Shown in pieces: positions 52,054 to 62,408 of a stretch of 64,000 nt of DNA (the first letter of the stretch is position 1; the number at the start of each line of letters is the position of its first letter). A program made the translations under genes and the position numbers. Below the pieces are notes generated by a model. The model saw only the letters and a list, made by a program, of their open reading frames with translations, was not told the DNA's origin and did no database searches. Origin of the DNA: an uncultured Chlamydiae bacterium (GTDB taxonomy: Bacteria > Chlamydiota > Chlamydiia > Chlamydiales > SM23-39); contig CAWHDP010000002.1 of NCBI GenBank assembly GCA_963828125.1, forward strand, positions 512,001 through 576,000. The letters run 5' to 3'.

Positions 52054-52240
52054 AACTTTTAAAGGCGTGATTTACAAAGCTTTATGTGTCCTATCAGAGT
52101 GTACCCAAACAGCGATTGTCGCTGGCGCGACACACTCCAGACACAGTAAGGCCCTATCACCCACAGCACTCCACAACAAAAGCCTTTCGGCGATTGCCAT
52201 CGTTGCTCACTTTTTAACCCTTAAAAGTGAAGATTAAAAC

Positions 52241-53314
52241 ATGGCAAGCATCAAAAAACGCAAGACCTCAAAAGGAATCAGCTACCAAGCTCAAATCCGA
52301 AACAACGACGGACACCCTCCCCAATCCAAGAACTTCCCAACCATGCAAGAAGCTAAAGATTGGGTAAGGGACGAAGAAGCCCGCCGCCGCCAAGAAACCT
52401 ACTTCCCCGAACAAGCCAAAAAGAAACGCACGCTCACTGAACTCATTGATCTTTATATCGAAGAAATCCTCCCCTCCAAGCCAAAAAATGCAAAAGACAC
52501 AAAACGCCATCTCGCCTGGTGGAAAGGTGAAATCGGCAAGTATGCCCTCAATCTCATTTCCTATGATCTGATTGATAAATGCCGAAAGAACCTGATCCAA
52601 GGAACCACCACTAAAGGCACTCAGCGCAATCCTGCCACGGTCAACCGATATATGGCTGCTCTCTCTGTCGTCTTTACCTATGGATTCAAGCAACGAGGCT
52701 GGCTTAAAGAAAATCCTCTCCTCCGCTTTAGCAAACTTAGAGAATCAAGAGGACGTGATCGTATCCCCACTCCTGAGGAATGCGACCGACTCTTTGCCGC
52801 CTGTAAACAAAGTCGCAACAAACATCTATACAACATTGTCATCCTGGCCCTGACTACAGGGGCGCGACTAGGTGAAATCTTGGGGCTGACATGGGACTGT
52901 GTTGATTTACAGCACAATTGCCTTCATCTTAAAGAGACAAAAAATAGCCGTCCTCGCTCCGTTCCCCTCACTGATTCAATGGCGCAGTTTTTTCAACAGC
53001 TTCAATTTACTAGATTGCCTAATCAACAGTTCGTATTTCCAGGGCGAAAACCTTTTCAAAAAACTTCCATTCGAAAAGCATGGGATGGGGCCCGTAATCG
53101 TGCAGGAATCACCAACCTGCGCTTTCATGATTCTCGTCACTTCTTTTCCACAGTCGCAGCTCAAGTCGCCATGAATACAACCCAGTTAGCCGTTGCGACT
53201 GGGCATAAATCCATGCAAATGTTGCTCCGCTATACGCACCAGGACGCAAACCATACACGCACTCTCACCGAAAGCGTTCACAACAAACTGCTTCAAACAG
53301 GAACTAAATCATGA
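52241..53314 (+). CDS. Tyrosine recombinase / phage-type integrase
   Basis: Catalytic set R (TGARLGE), K (ETKN), HxxR (HDSRH), H (TGH), Y (LRYTH); arm-binding-like N-terminus. Confidence 0.96.
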   Translation: MASIKKRKTSKGISYQAQIRNNDGHPPQSKNFPTMQEAKDWVRDEEARRRQETYFPEQAKKKRTLTELIDLYIEEILPSKPKNAKDTKRHLAWWKGEIGKYALNLISYDLIDKCRKNLIQGTTTKGTQRNPATVNRYMAALSVVFTYGFKQRGWLKENPLLRFSKLRESRGRDRIPTPEECDRLFAACKQSRNKHLYNIVILALTTGARLGEILGLTWDCVDLQHNCLHLKETKNSRPRSVPLTDSMAQFFQQLQFTRLPNQQFVFPGRKPFQKTSIRKAWDGARNRAGITNLRFHDSRHFFSTVAAQVAMNTTQLAVATGHKSMQMLLRYTHQDANHTRTLTESVHNKLLQTGTKS

Positions 53315-54435
53315 ATGGAAATGAACAGCTCGCCAGACAAATGCGTCAAATAGTCACTGATATCGATGAATATTTCAATCTAAAGGGACTGGAGAATCAA
53401 AAGAAAAATCCCCATCAAATCGAAGATCAAACGTTAGAATCAGTTCTTGCATGCCCCTTAAAAAATGAGATTCCTAATTCCCTCTGTTTGCGATCATCAG
53501 ATACGGAACTTTTACTTTGGCCAGGACTTAGACTTCATGATCAAGAAGAACAAAAAAAAGTAAACATTCTATCCATTAACTTAAAAAACCCTTCCTTCAT
53601 TTTTTTCCACAACCCTTTTTTTGATCCGCGTCTCGGAGAAACGATCGCTCAGTCATATGAAAGATTTTTGGCCTTCCGAAGATCTAGAAAACATCGCAAG
53701 TATTCAGAATTAATCGGGAAATGGGGACAAAAGCTGGAAGGAGTGATTTTCAAAAAGAGTCGCTTCATTCCACTTGAACATCTTCTCCTAATTAGAAATT
53801 GGGAACGAATGCTTTTCAATCCCATAGAACGCAACTCAAAAAAAATGCCTATCAAGGGCAGATGGAAAGAAGGAGAAGCCATCGACATTTTAACCGCCGC
53901 TCGGTTGATTCTTTACTTCGCTAAGGAATTCATTCAAAAGCCACATAAGCTGAAAAGCGCGAAAATCGCGTGTCTCCTTTGGCTCTTAATCAGGTTAACA
54001 ATCATTGACGGCGAGAGTTTTTTTTCCCTAGACTACCTCACCTCTCTTAAAGTAAGCGATCTGCATTTGGAATCCGAAATCATCACTATCGAAGGTTCTT
54101 CATTTCCAATATCCAATGGACTCAGTTCTCTTCTCTCTATTCTGATCTCCCTCTCTCCCAACCTTTTGTTTGAGGGCATCCTGGTTGATTCCTTAGACAA
54201 TCTCTTCAAAACCATTTCTCCATCTATTTGTCGCCAAGAAAAACCTATACTCCCAAGCGCATTCCTCTCCTTTCCTCACCTTTGGATCGGTCATAGAATT
54301 CCTCAACCACTACTGCACTCCAAAAGACAGGGATTTGTACTATCGCAACAACTTCACTACGAATGTTTACTCAAGTCTTTGGGGCTACCGACTCAGTGCT
54401 TTTATCAGAGCTTTCTAGATCAAAAAAAGCCATAA
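53311..54435 (+). CDS. Hypothetical protein; C-terminal half resembles a degenerate tyrosine-recombinase catalytic fold
   Basis: ATGA overlap with the integrase; LTSLKVSDLHLESEIITI...FPIS...LLF pattern without catalytic residues. Confidence 0.7.
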   Translation: MNGNEQLARQMRQIVTDIDEYFNLKGLENQKKNPHQIEDQTLESVLACPLKNEIPNSLCLRSSDTELLLWPGLRLHDQEEQKKVNILSINLKNPSFIFFHNPFFDPRLGETIAQSYERFLAFRRSRKHRKYSELIGKWGQKLEGVIFKKSRFIPLEHLLLIRNWERMLFNPIERNSKKMPIKGRWKEGEAIDILTAARLILYFAKEFIQKPHKLKSAKIACLLWLLIRLTIIDGESFFSLDYLTSLKVSDLHLESEIITIEGSSFPISNGLSSLLSILISLSPNLLFEGILVDSLDNLFKTISPSICRQEKPILPSAFLSFPHLWIGHRIPQPLLHSKRQGFVLSQQLHYECLLKSLGLPTQCFYQSFLDQKKP

Positions 54436-54589
54436 CAAGCTCTCATTAAGATAGATGTATAAAAATCTCCGATCATCTCTTTTCCTGTTCATGGGTTGCT
54501 GTGACTTGTGACCTTCAATCAACTAGAATTGTGGGAAATTGACGATGATTATCGTCTTAAGTTTAAGCCAATAAAAAGGAGATTTATTT

Positions 54590-54817
54590 ATGAACCAACA
54601 TTTCCCGATAGAAAACAAAATTTCACCAGAACTACCGCAATATTGCACAGTACACCAGATCGTCAGTGATCGGTCCTTCTGTTTTACCGAATCGATGCTT
54701 CGATACTATATCCTTCATGCGCATAAAAATGGATTCAAAAAAGTAGTCAGACGTATTGGCCGAAAAGTGGTTTTGCGGCGAGATTTACTCATATCCTGGC
54801 TAGAAGAGCATTCGGCT
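54590..54817 (+). pseudogene. Excisionase/AlpA-like DNA-binding protein interrupted by IS21 (native last codons at 57206-57220)
   Basis: AGGAG RBS; winged-helix-like SMLRYYI...VRRIGRKVVL...WLE; removing the IS restores an 80-aa ORF ending HSAKRGL*. Confidence 0.75.
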
Positions 54818-55042
54818 TGTCAAGCGACACCAGAAAGTGACCCACCGGCGACATTGAAAAGTGACCCACCCCCAATCTTTTCTTTAATGACTACGGCTGC
54901 CTAACGACAGCCATATTGGTGCTTTAGCGGTAGTCAGAGGATATGCAAAGCTCTGAGTTGGTGCTGAGGCACAATACTTCTCTTCCACCGAAGGAGAGAG
55001 GAGGCCCCCTCCCCCATGGGGGAGGGGCGAAAACTAAATTTT

Positions 55043-55834
55043 TTACTTCCCTTCTAGAGTCTCCGATTGAAGGACTGTTGTTTTAACCAATCCAGATTTT
55101 CGTTTTTCTTTCAGCCGATAACTTTCTCCGCGAATAGTGACTACATGGCTGTGATGCAAGAGGCGATCTAAAATTGCTGTTGCAACTACAGTATCGCCAA
55201 AAACTTCCCCCCATTCGCTGACTGAACGATTACTCGTAATTAAGGTACTTCCTTTCTCGTATCGTCGGGAGATCAACTGAAAAAATAAATGAGCCGCTTT
55301 CGGATCAAAGGGAAGATATCCAAGTTCATCGATAATCAGCAATTTGGGTTTCGAATACCAAACAATCTTGTCTTCAAGACGACCTTCTTGGTGAGCCCGA
55401 GCGAGCTGGGTCAAAAGAGTGGTCGCCGGAGTAAAAAGAACTGTGTATCCTAACCGAATGGCTTCATTGCCAAGCGCAACAGCTAAATGAGTTTTCCCAA
55501 CTCCAGGAGGGCCTAATAACAGAAGAGCATCTCCATTGGCAATCCAACGACAAGTTCCAAGTTCGCGTATTTGACCGGCATCCAATGATGGCTGCGCACT
55601 AAAATCAAACTGTTCAAGAGTTCTTGCATAGGGGAATTTAGCCATCGAGAATCCACGGCGATTACGGGTGTGTTCTCTCTGCTGCATTTCTTGTTCGCAA
55701 AAAAAAGCTAGAGCTTCTCGTAAATTCATTTTCTTACGAGATGCTTCATCGAGAAGGTTGTCGAGTTTGTCTCGGATAGTTGAGAGTTTCAATCGGTGGA
55801 GTGTAGCTACAAGATTTTCATGATTGATGGTCAT
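55043..55834 (-). CDS. istB: IS21 helper ATPase IstB
   Basis: GPPGVGKTHLA, LIIDELGY, ITSN, AILDRLLHH, GESYR; ATG overlaps the istA stop. Confidence 0.97.
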   Translation of the reverse strand: MTINHENLVATLHRLKLSTIRDKLDNLLDEASRKKMNLREALAFFCEQEMQQREHTRNRRGFSMAKFPYARTLEQFDFSAQPSLDAGQIRELGTCRWIANGDALLLLGPPGVGKTHLAVALGNEAIRLGYTVLFTPATTLLTQLARAHQEGRLEDKIVWYSKPKLLIIDELGYLPFDPKAAHLFFQLISRRYEKGSTLITSNRSVSEWGEVFGDTVVATAILDRLLHHSHVVTIRGESYRLKEKRKSGLVKTTVLQSETLEGK

Positions 55835-57123
55835 TACCAACCTCCTCCGGTAATAGCTTCATACTCGGTAAGAGGACGAAGCAGCTCGGCAGGTTTGATT
55901 GGAGCATTTGGAACTTCCATTTTCATGCACCAATTAGCCCCTACGATTCCCTTTAAATGATGAGGATTGATGGAGCGTTGCCTCTCTCCTATGCAGACAG
56001 GGTGACGGGCTATTTCGTCAGCATCATAGAGGATTTTGACTTCAGTTTCGGTTAATTGTACTGTGACCTCTTTTTTAATGAAGTGCCATGGCACACTGTA
56101 AAAATTTGTATCCACCTCCACACAAGCATCCGTATGGACCGATCTTTGCATCTCTCTTCCCAAATAGAAAGGTGGCTTCCCATTTAGCGGTTGAAGAACA
56201 GCTTTTTCTTCTTTCTCAAAGCGATCGATTGGTTTTTCTCCAGTAGTCCCATGGATTCTGAGGTCTGAAATATCTCTCATCCACCAAACGATATGTTCGC
56301 CAAGAGCCTCCCAGCTTGAGAACTCCCTTCCGGCAATTCCATTATACTTAAAATATTTGACCGTGTTTTCGTCCTTCCCCTTCGTTCTTGCTCTATAAGG
56401 GGCGCATGCTTTGGGCTTGAATTTCCAATAGTTAGCAAACGCATGTAGGCGTTCATTGAACACCACTTCTCGTGTCTGCGGGTTGTGACTGATAACAAGT
56501 GGCTTTGGATTGTCCATTAAGACTTCTGATGGGATCCCTCCAAAATGGTTAAAGGCTCCTTCAAGCCCCTCAAACCAGGCCGATTGTCGTTCATGGATAA
56601 AGGCCTGTATATATTGGCGGCGTGAAAAACCAAGAACTGCCGCGAAAAAATAGATCTTCTTCGGCTCTCCTGCAATCTTGATAGTAATCGATCCAAAGTC
56701 AATTTGCATCTGCTTGCCCGGCGGCGTCTCAAACCGAATCGTCGCCTTTGCTGAAGCAAAGGCCCTTTGTCTAAATAGTTTAACTGCTCTTTCGACAGTG
56801 CGTAGATCAGCTTGCAGATTGTGTTGACGAACCAACTCTTGGCGGATAACCTCTGCATTACCTTTATGGAGGTTAAACATTTCTTCGAGCCAGACATCTA
56901 ATGCTTCCAGCCTCTTAATTCTTTTGGGAATATTATACGGGCGCCATTTCCCTTGTCGCCGGTAGTGTTTAACGGTATTGGCACTAATTCCAAGCTCTTT
57001 GGCAATCCGTCTTTTACCCCACCCTTCTGATGACAAATATAAAATTTTCTCTACGACATTAGGTGGTTCCATTCTCTCTTTACTGTCTCCTGTTACAACA
57101 GCAGAGATTTTATTGGGTTCCAT
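55834..57123 (-). CDS. istA: IS21 transposase IstA
   Basis: N-terminal HTH; RFETPPGKQMQIDFG, LMDN, TKGKDE DDE residues; RIHGTT; start uncertain. Confidence 0.96.
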   Translation of the reverse strand: MEPNKISAVVTGDSKERMEPPNVVEKILYLSSEGWGKRRIAKELGISANTVKHYRRQGKWRPYNIPKRIKRLEALDVWLEEMFNLHKGNAEVIRQELVRQHNLQADLRTVERAVKLFRQRAFASAKATIRFETPPGKQMQIDFGSITIKIAGEPKKIYFFAAVLGFSRRQYIQAFIHERQSAWFEGLEGAFNHFGGIPSEVLMDNPKPLVISHNPQTREVVFNERLHAFANYWKFKPKACAPYRARTKGKDENTVKYFKYNGIAGREFSSWEALGEHIVWWMRDISDLRIHGTTGEKPIDRFEKEEKAVLQPLNGKPPFYLGREMQRSVHTDACVEVDTNFYSVPWHFIKKEVTVQLTETEVKILYDADEIARHPVCIGERQRSINPHHLKGIVGANWCMKMEVPNAPIKPAELLRPLTEYEAITGGGW

Positions 57124-57219
57124 GCTTACTCTCACTTCAAATAGGGGGGTGGGTCACTTTTCAATGTCGAAAGGGGGTCATTTTACACTGTCGCCTGACA
57201 CGGCTAAAAGAGGTCTGTA

Positions 57220-57528
57220 ATGATACAATATAGAATCCATGGAACCACTGCCGAAAATCTTAAAGAAAAAATAACCTCTTTTGATTTCTATTCTAGAGAA
57301 TTGGAGGGCATTCACCTTAAGTTAAAACCCAGATGGACAGAGGCAGGAGTGTGTCCATTTCACCAAGATAACAAAAAAGGATCATTTTATGTGAACCTTC
57401 AGAATGGGGCCTATAGATGTTTTTCATGCGGAGCTAAAGGAGGAGACATCATTCGATTCGTCCAGGAGAGATATCAGGTTGATTTCAAAGACGCTATGCA
57501 AAAATTAAGAAATGACTGGGGATTGTAA
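57220..57528 (+). CDS. Stand-alone CHC2 zinc finger (DnaG-type zinc-binding domain)
   Basis: CPFHQD...SF...CFSCGAKGGDIIRF...F.DA. Confidence 0.9.
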   Translation: MIQYRIHGTTAENLKEKITSFDFYSRELEGIHLKLKPRWTEAGVCPFHQDNKKGSFYVNLQNGAYRCFSCGAKGGDIIRFVQERYQVDFKDAMQKLRNDWGL

Positions 57529-57529
57529 G

Positions 57530-57730
57530 ATGAATGAGCCTCTTGGAAAGATCCTAAGAGCAAAAAGAACGGAATCTGAGCTTTCTCAGGAAAAATTGGC
57601 AGATTTGGCTGGATTGCATTTCACTTATGTGAGTTCGGTTGAGCGAGGCGAGCGAAATATCTCTCTGGAAAATATAGGACGACTAGCAAAGGCGCTGAAT
57701 TGTCGTATCAAGGACTTATTTGTCGAGTAA
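57530..57730 (+). CDS. XRE family HTH regulator resembling restriction-modification controller (C) proteins
   Basis: LSQEKLADLAGLHFTYVSSVERGERNISLENI. Confidence 0.92.
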   Translation: MNEPLGKILRAKRTESELSQEKLADLAGLHFTYVSSVERGERNISLENIGRLAKALNCRIKDLFVE

Positions 57731-58068
57731 GTAAAAACTTAATTCATACAATTAAAAAGAAAAATTAAGTCAATTTCTAGCGACCAAAGATTATTAAAAA
57801 TAGGGATTTTAAAAGTTTTTCAACAAAAGCCCCCAACTTCCTTTGTCTTCCTGATTTTGTTAATGGAATCCCTATCTCTCTTGAAATACGAGCTTTAAAG
57901 GCTGAAATTCCCAGGAATCGTCTCCACGAAAAGCCGCCGCGATTCATCTACTTTTACCTTGTATAAATACAAACAATTTAATTTAAAAATACACCTCTTA
58001 TTTTAGCTTTATTTAGCAACTTCATTCAAGTATAATTCGATCGAATTAATAAATTAAAAGGAGTAGTT

Positions 58069-60546
58069 TTGTCTACTATTGAGATTGGGATTGATTTAGG
58101 AACTACTAATTCTTCCGTAGCCGTCATTCAACAAAGCGATGTGTATATTCTTAAAAATGCATTAGGAGAAGAGAGCACGCCTTCTGTTGTTTATGCTGAT
58201 AGGAACGGAAATATTGTAGTCGGATCGAAAGCAAAACGAGTAATGAATAATTCAAAAGAAAACCTGCAGAATAGCAAGGCTGAAATTAAACGCCTTATGG
58301 GGACTGCAGAAACCATTTCATTTCCAAATCTCAATAAGAAAATGCTGCCTGAAGAAATTTCCGCAGAAATCCTCAAGACTCTTAAAAGCGATGTCCAAAG
58401 AAAGTATCCCGAGATATCACTGAATGCTGCTGTGATTACTGTGCCTGCTTATTTTTCTACTGTGCAGTCCGAGGCAACGAAGCGAGCAGGAAGCTTGGCC
58501 GGTTTTAAGCAAATCGTGCTTCTCCAAGAGCCTATTGCTGCTGCAATTGCTTATGGATTTCTCAATCAAAAAAATGAAAATTGGCTGGTATACGACCTCG
58601 GAGGAGGCACTTTTGATGTTGCCCTCGTTGCCTCACGGGACGGATTTCTTACGGTTCTAGCCCATGCGGGAGATAATTTTTTAGGAGGCAAAGACTTTGA
58701 TGCCGCCATCATCCAGAATTTGATCATTCCTTCTCTTTCTGCTAAGGCCATAGTTCTCGATCCAATAACCCATTCCCAAGTCTTTAGCTATTTGAAAGAG
58801 CTCGCAGAGTCTGCAAAAATCGAGCTTACTGTCAGCGATAAAACAACCATCGACATCGATATCCAAGTAAATCAACTGCAGGTCCAACATTCCCTCGAGA
58901 TATCAAAAGAAGATCTCCTGGAGAGCTGCAGGCACCTGCTCAACAAAACAGTCGATCTCTGTAAGAAAACAATCAGCGATGCGAAAGTCGATCCTGCAAC
59001 AGTTCAAAAGATCGTCCTTGTCGGCGGTCCGACTCAGATGCCTATCCTGCAAGCCTTTTTGAAGGAGACGCTGCACATCAAAGTGGATGGATGTCTGGAC
59101 CCTATCACTGTTGTTGCAAAAGGCGCTGCTATGTTCGGCAATCAAACAAGGATCACTGAACAGAAAGAGAGTGTCAGCACATCAATCGCCGCCTGTGAGC
59201 TAGAAGTGAATTACAATCCAGTTACATCAGATGATGATCAAACAGTCACTGGGAAGGTCTTGCGCTACGCCGAAGCCGTGCAGCCCTATTCAGTGCAATT
59301 TGTGAGTTCTGATGACTCCTTTGCTTCTGAAGAGATTTTAATAAAAAACGGCAAGTTCATACTGACGCTTCCTACAGGGAAAAAGGGCACGCAGTACTGG
59401 ATCTATATTAAAGACAGCAGTGAAAAGTTGATTGCATCCGCGCCAGAAAGCATCCACATCAATCGAGGCGTTTCCATTATGGGAGCCCCTCTCCCCTATT
59501 CAATCGGAGTGTCTGTGATCACGCTGTCCTCTAACAAAGGTTATGCGGAAGCGACAGAGACGATGGAATTTTTCTTCTCTAAAAACAGCATTCTTCCTCT
59601 CAAGGAGAGAAAACGCTTTCATACCGTAGCCGACCTTAAAGCCGGATCATCCGAGAATGGCCTTCCTATTTGCATCTATGAAGGGGAATCTCTGATTACA
59701 AATCGGAACACCTTGGTGTGCCATCTGGCGATTATGGGCAAAGCGATAGCTAAAGACCTGAAGAGAGGCTCTCCTGTCGATATTACAATCGAGATCAATG
59801 AGTCCAGAGAACTCACGGTGATGGCTTATCTCCCTGATTCCGATATTACCCTTAATGCAAGAGAAACTCTCTACTTCGATGCAGCAAAAATCGACGAAGT
59901 AAAAAAGGACTTTACAGAGCAGGTGTCAAGGTCTGAATCCGTAATCGATTCCGAAGAGCCCTCGAATGAAGCGAACGTCATCAAAAATATGATTAAAGAT
60001 ATCCAATCCACCATCGACCATTCGGGAGCTGACTCAGATCAGCAGAGAAAGGCTGAAAAGCAAGTGAAGGATCTAATGATGGCATTGGACCAAATGGAAG
60101 CAAAAACAAAATATAACGGGAATGTCTCTTCATTCTGGAAAGAGTGCCAGGAGCTTTCTGATTATCTGGAAGATTGCAACCCGCCGGAAAAACGAGCGGA
60201 ATATGAAGCTGCCTATAATACCCTGCGCAAAGAGGGCCTCTCTGCCATCGCCAAGCAGGATGCAGTATGGATCGGGCATATTGTCCAGAAGTTGAACCAG
60301 CTGCATTTCAAATGCCAATTCTCTGACACCCGCTTCCTTGCTCCCTGGATTCAGGAACTGATAAAGCTGGCTGAGGAAAAAGCGCATGCCCATCCATCTC
60401 TGTCCGGCCTGATCAGCAGAGCCCAGGACGCTCTGGCTAAATCCGATGTGAAGGAAATGCAGGAAGTCATCCACGCTCTTTATCCATTTACAGGAGAAGA
60501 GGGAAAGCCTCAGGTCAAGTTTGTAAAGTCGGGAATTATGCTATGA
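58069..60546 (+). CDS. Atypical Hsp70-family protein (825 aa), not the housekeeping DnaK
   Basis: [46 protein letters not shown]-like PYSIGV...IYEGE; AAGGAG RBS before TTG; TATAAT at 58031-58036. Confidence 0.95.
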   Translation: MSTIEIGIDLGTTNSSVAVIQQSDVYILKNALGEESTPSVVYADRNGNIVVGSKAKRVMNNSKENLQNSKAEIKRLMGTAETISFPNLNKKMLPEEISAEILKTLKSDVQRKYPEISLNAAVITVPAYFSTVQSEATKRAGSLAGFKQIVLLQEPIAAAIAYGFLNQKNENWLVYDLGGGTFDVALVASRDGFLTVLAHAGDNFLGGKDFDAAIIQNLIIPSLSAKAIVLDPITHSQVFSYLKELAESAKIELTVSDKTTIDIDIQVNQLQVQHSLEISKEDLLESCRHLLNKTVDLCKKTISDAKVDPATVQKIVLVGGPTQMPILQAFLKETLHIKVDGCLDPITVVAKGAAMFGNQTRITEQKESVSTSIAACELEVNYNPVTSDDDQTVTGKVLRYAEAVQPYSVQFVSSDDSFASEEILIKNGKFILTLPTGKKGTQYWIYIKDSSEKLIASAPESIHINRGVSIMGAPLPYSIGVSVITLSSNKGYAEATETMEFFFSKNSILPLKERKRFHTVADLKAGSSENGLPICIYEGESLITNRNTLVCHLAIMGKAIAKDLKRGSPVDITIEINESRELTVMAYLPDSDITLNARETLYFDAAKIDEVKKDFTEQVSRSESVIDSEEPSNEANVIKNMIKDIQSTIDHSGADSDQQRKAEKQVKDLMMALDQMEAKTKYNGNVSSFWKECQELSDYLEDCNPPEKRAEYEAAYNTLRKEGLSAIAKQDAVWIGHIVQKLNQLHFKCQFSDTRFLAPWIQELIKLAEEKAHAHPSLSGLISRAQDALAKSDVKEMQEVIHALYPFTGEEGKPQVKFVKSGIML

Positions 60547-62408
60547 CCGCCCAACTGCCGCAAATACTGATCAGGAATTCATTCAATATCCTCGGCCTTT
60601 CTTCCTCATCAGCATTGAAAGAAATAAGAAAAAAATCCCAGCAGCTGCTTCAGTTCGCAAAAATTGAAGAAGTTCAAGAGTTCGATACGGACATCGGCCA
60701 TGTAAGGGAATTCCGGAATGAAGGCGAAATCCGCCAGGCGCTGGAAAGAGTTTCCAGCATCCAAGAACGCTTGCAGGAGATTTTCTTCTGGTTCGACGAC
60801 CACAGCATAGAAAGCCGGAAAGCCGTCGCCCTGATATCCAAGGAAGACTACAGAGGTGCTCTTGAGATTTTCGATAAAGCAGACAAGGCAAATGCCGATT
60901 GGCTTGGATGTAAAAATTTAGCCCTGACGTTGATGTTTCACGCTTTTGCCACCTCCAGCCTCGACAGCTTCTGTCGTTCATTGAATTTTTGGAAGCTCAT
61001 TGCGGAATCAGATGATTTTTGGAAATTCTATGAAAAGCACTATCTTTTGCATGACGAATTGGGAACTTCATCCTCTTTATTCCAGGAGTTCAGAAGCTCT
61101 ATCTGCGAAATTCTTTCAGCGAAAGCAGTTTCTTTCTACCACCAAACAAAGAATCCAGAAGCTATAGGCGCCTGCTATTCCTCATTTGGACGAATTGGAA
61201 AAATCATAGACGTTGAGATCCTTCAACCGATCATTTTGAAGGTAAAAAAAGAAATAGAAGAACTAGAGAATATAGACACCAAATTAGAGCTGGATACAGC
61301 TTCGATCAGGAGAGTCCTTAAAAAAATTCACAAATTCTTCTCTGATCTGGATAAATTTGAACTTTCTGAATACAGCCCTCTGACTCTTCTTAAAAACGAT
61401 ACTGCGGAGAAACTGAGGTCCATATCGGTCGATATCTACAATCAAAATGCCGATTCCGAAATTGCGCGCCTCTTCCTCGAACAAGGCTCCAAGCTTGCAG
61501 TGTCGGAAGCAATTGCGGACAAAATCAAGGCCGACAAAAGACAGCTCCAGGAAAACGAAACATGGCAGTCGGTTTCCGGCAAGTTTGAAAAGGTTAAAAC
61601 CTTGATCGCGGATCAGAGCCTAGAAGAGGCTAAAAGCGCCTATCTGAGCCTAGATAATGAGCTGGCTGGACAATCCGATGAATCTTCAGTAGGAAGCCGC
61701 ACCCAGCTGCTGATCAACTATTGCTCGCTGCTGATGGAGAAGGGGCATGAGCTCTTTGGAAAAAAGAAATTTGGCATTGGAATGCTTGCAATTTCCGGCC
61801 TCTTGAATAGGAAAAGCCACAAAAACGCAATTCTTGCCTTCGAGCATGCTTCAGAAATACTGAAAGACCGGATGCATCTGTTTGATTTTATCGACCCTGC
61901 TGCAAATAGAGCCTCGCTTTCAAAAAACATGGACACCATATCCGGCAATCTAACGAAGTGCGAATTAGCATCCTTGTTCGATCATCATCAGTCTTATCTG
62001 CAGACAGTAGAAGAGATAGCGCATGAGCAACGCAATGAAAACACTCAGATTGCAATAAAACTTCTGGGAGCAGCGGTCTGCTTTAGTATTTTATATCGGA
62101 GATTCTATGGCGTCACACAGAGAAAAATGTGGAAATGGATAGGATGGGGAGCGGCGATCGCATTCTATTTTTTTGTGATCATGGGTAACGACAAACCTGA
62201 GCCAAAAACGTCTTACAAAAGCAGTAGCTATCAATCCAAGCCTTCTTATTCCGCTTCATCCCCATCTTTGAGTTACGAGGAAAAAGAGATCATTGAATAT
62301 CTGCAGATAAATGAACCTGAAATCTTAAAAAACATTAGAAAAGAGGGCTACTCTGATAAACAGATAGCCCGGTATCTAATAGAACACGCTGACGACGAGG
62401 AAGAATGA
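60543..62408 (+). CDS. Helical protein with N-terminal J-domain-like region lacking HPD and a C-proximal TM helix
   Basis: NSFNILGL...KEIRKK J-like helices; TPR-like helical body; WIGWGAAIAFYFFVIMG TM; ATGA overlaps on both sides. Confidence 0.8.
   Translation: MTAQLPQILIRNSFNILGLSSSSALKEIRKKSQQLLQFAKIEEVQEFDTDIGHVREFRNEGEIRQALERVSSIQERLQEIFFWFDDHSIESRKAVALISKEDYRGALEIFDKADKANADWLGCKNLALTLMFHAFATSSLDSFCRSLNFWKLIAESDDFWKFYEKHYLLHDELGTSSSLFQEFRSSICEILSAKAVSFYHQTKNPEAIGACYSSFGRIGKIIDVEILQPIILKVKKEIEELENIDTKLELDTASIRRVLKKIHKFFSDLDKFELSEYSPLTLLKNDTAEKLRSISVDIYNQNADSEIARLFLEQGSKLAVSEAIADKIKADKRQLQENETWQSVSGKFEKVKTLIADQSLEEAKSAYLSLDNELAGQSDESSVGSRTQLLINYCSLLMEKGHELFGKKKFGIGMLAISGLLNRKSHKNAILAFEHASEILKDRMHLFDFIDPAANRASLSKNMDTISGNLTKCELASLFDHHQSYLQTVEEIAHEQRNENTQIAIKLLGAAVCFSILYRRFYGVTQRKMWKWIGWGAAIAFYFFVIMGNDKPEPKTSYKSSSYQSKPSYSASSPSLSYEEKEIIEYLQINEPEILKNIRKEGYSDKQIARYLIEHADDEEE

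Larger units (their letters stand above)
54818..57200 (-). mobile_element. Complete IS21-family insertion sequence (2383 bp) with 5-bp target duplication CGGCT
   Basis: Ends TGTCAAGCGACA.../...TGTCGCCTGACA with internal tandem CGACA..AAAGTGACCCACC repeats; CGGCT at 54813-54817 and 57201-57205; istA-istB inside. Confidence 0.97.

Noticed and set aside
54818..54872. Short tandem repeats as a CRISPR array
   Set aside because: They are IS21 terminal transposase-binding repeats; no spacers or cas genes anywhere in the window.
58069..60546. Calling the Hsp70 dnaK
   Set aside because: Too long, has an inserted domain, lacks hrcA/grpE/dnaJ context and lies in a mobile island.
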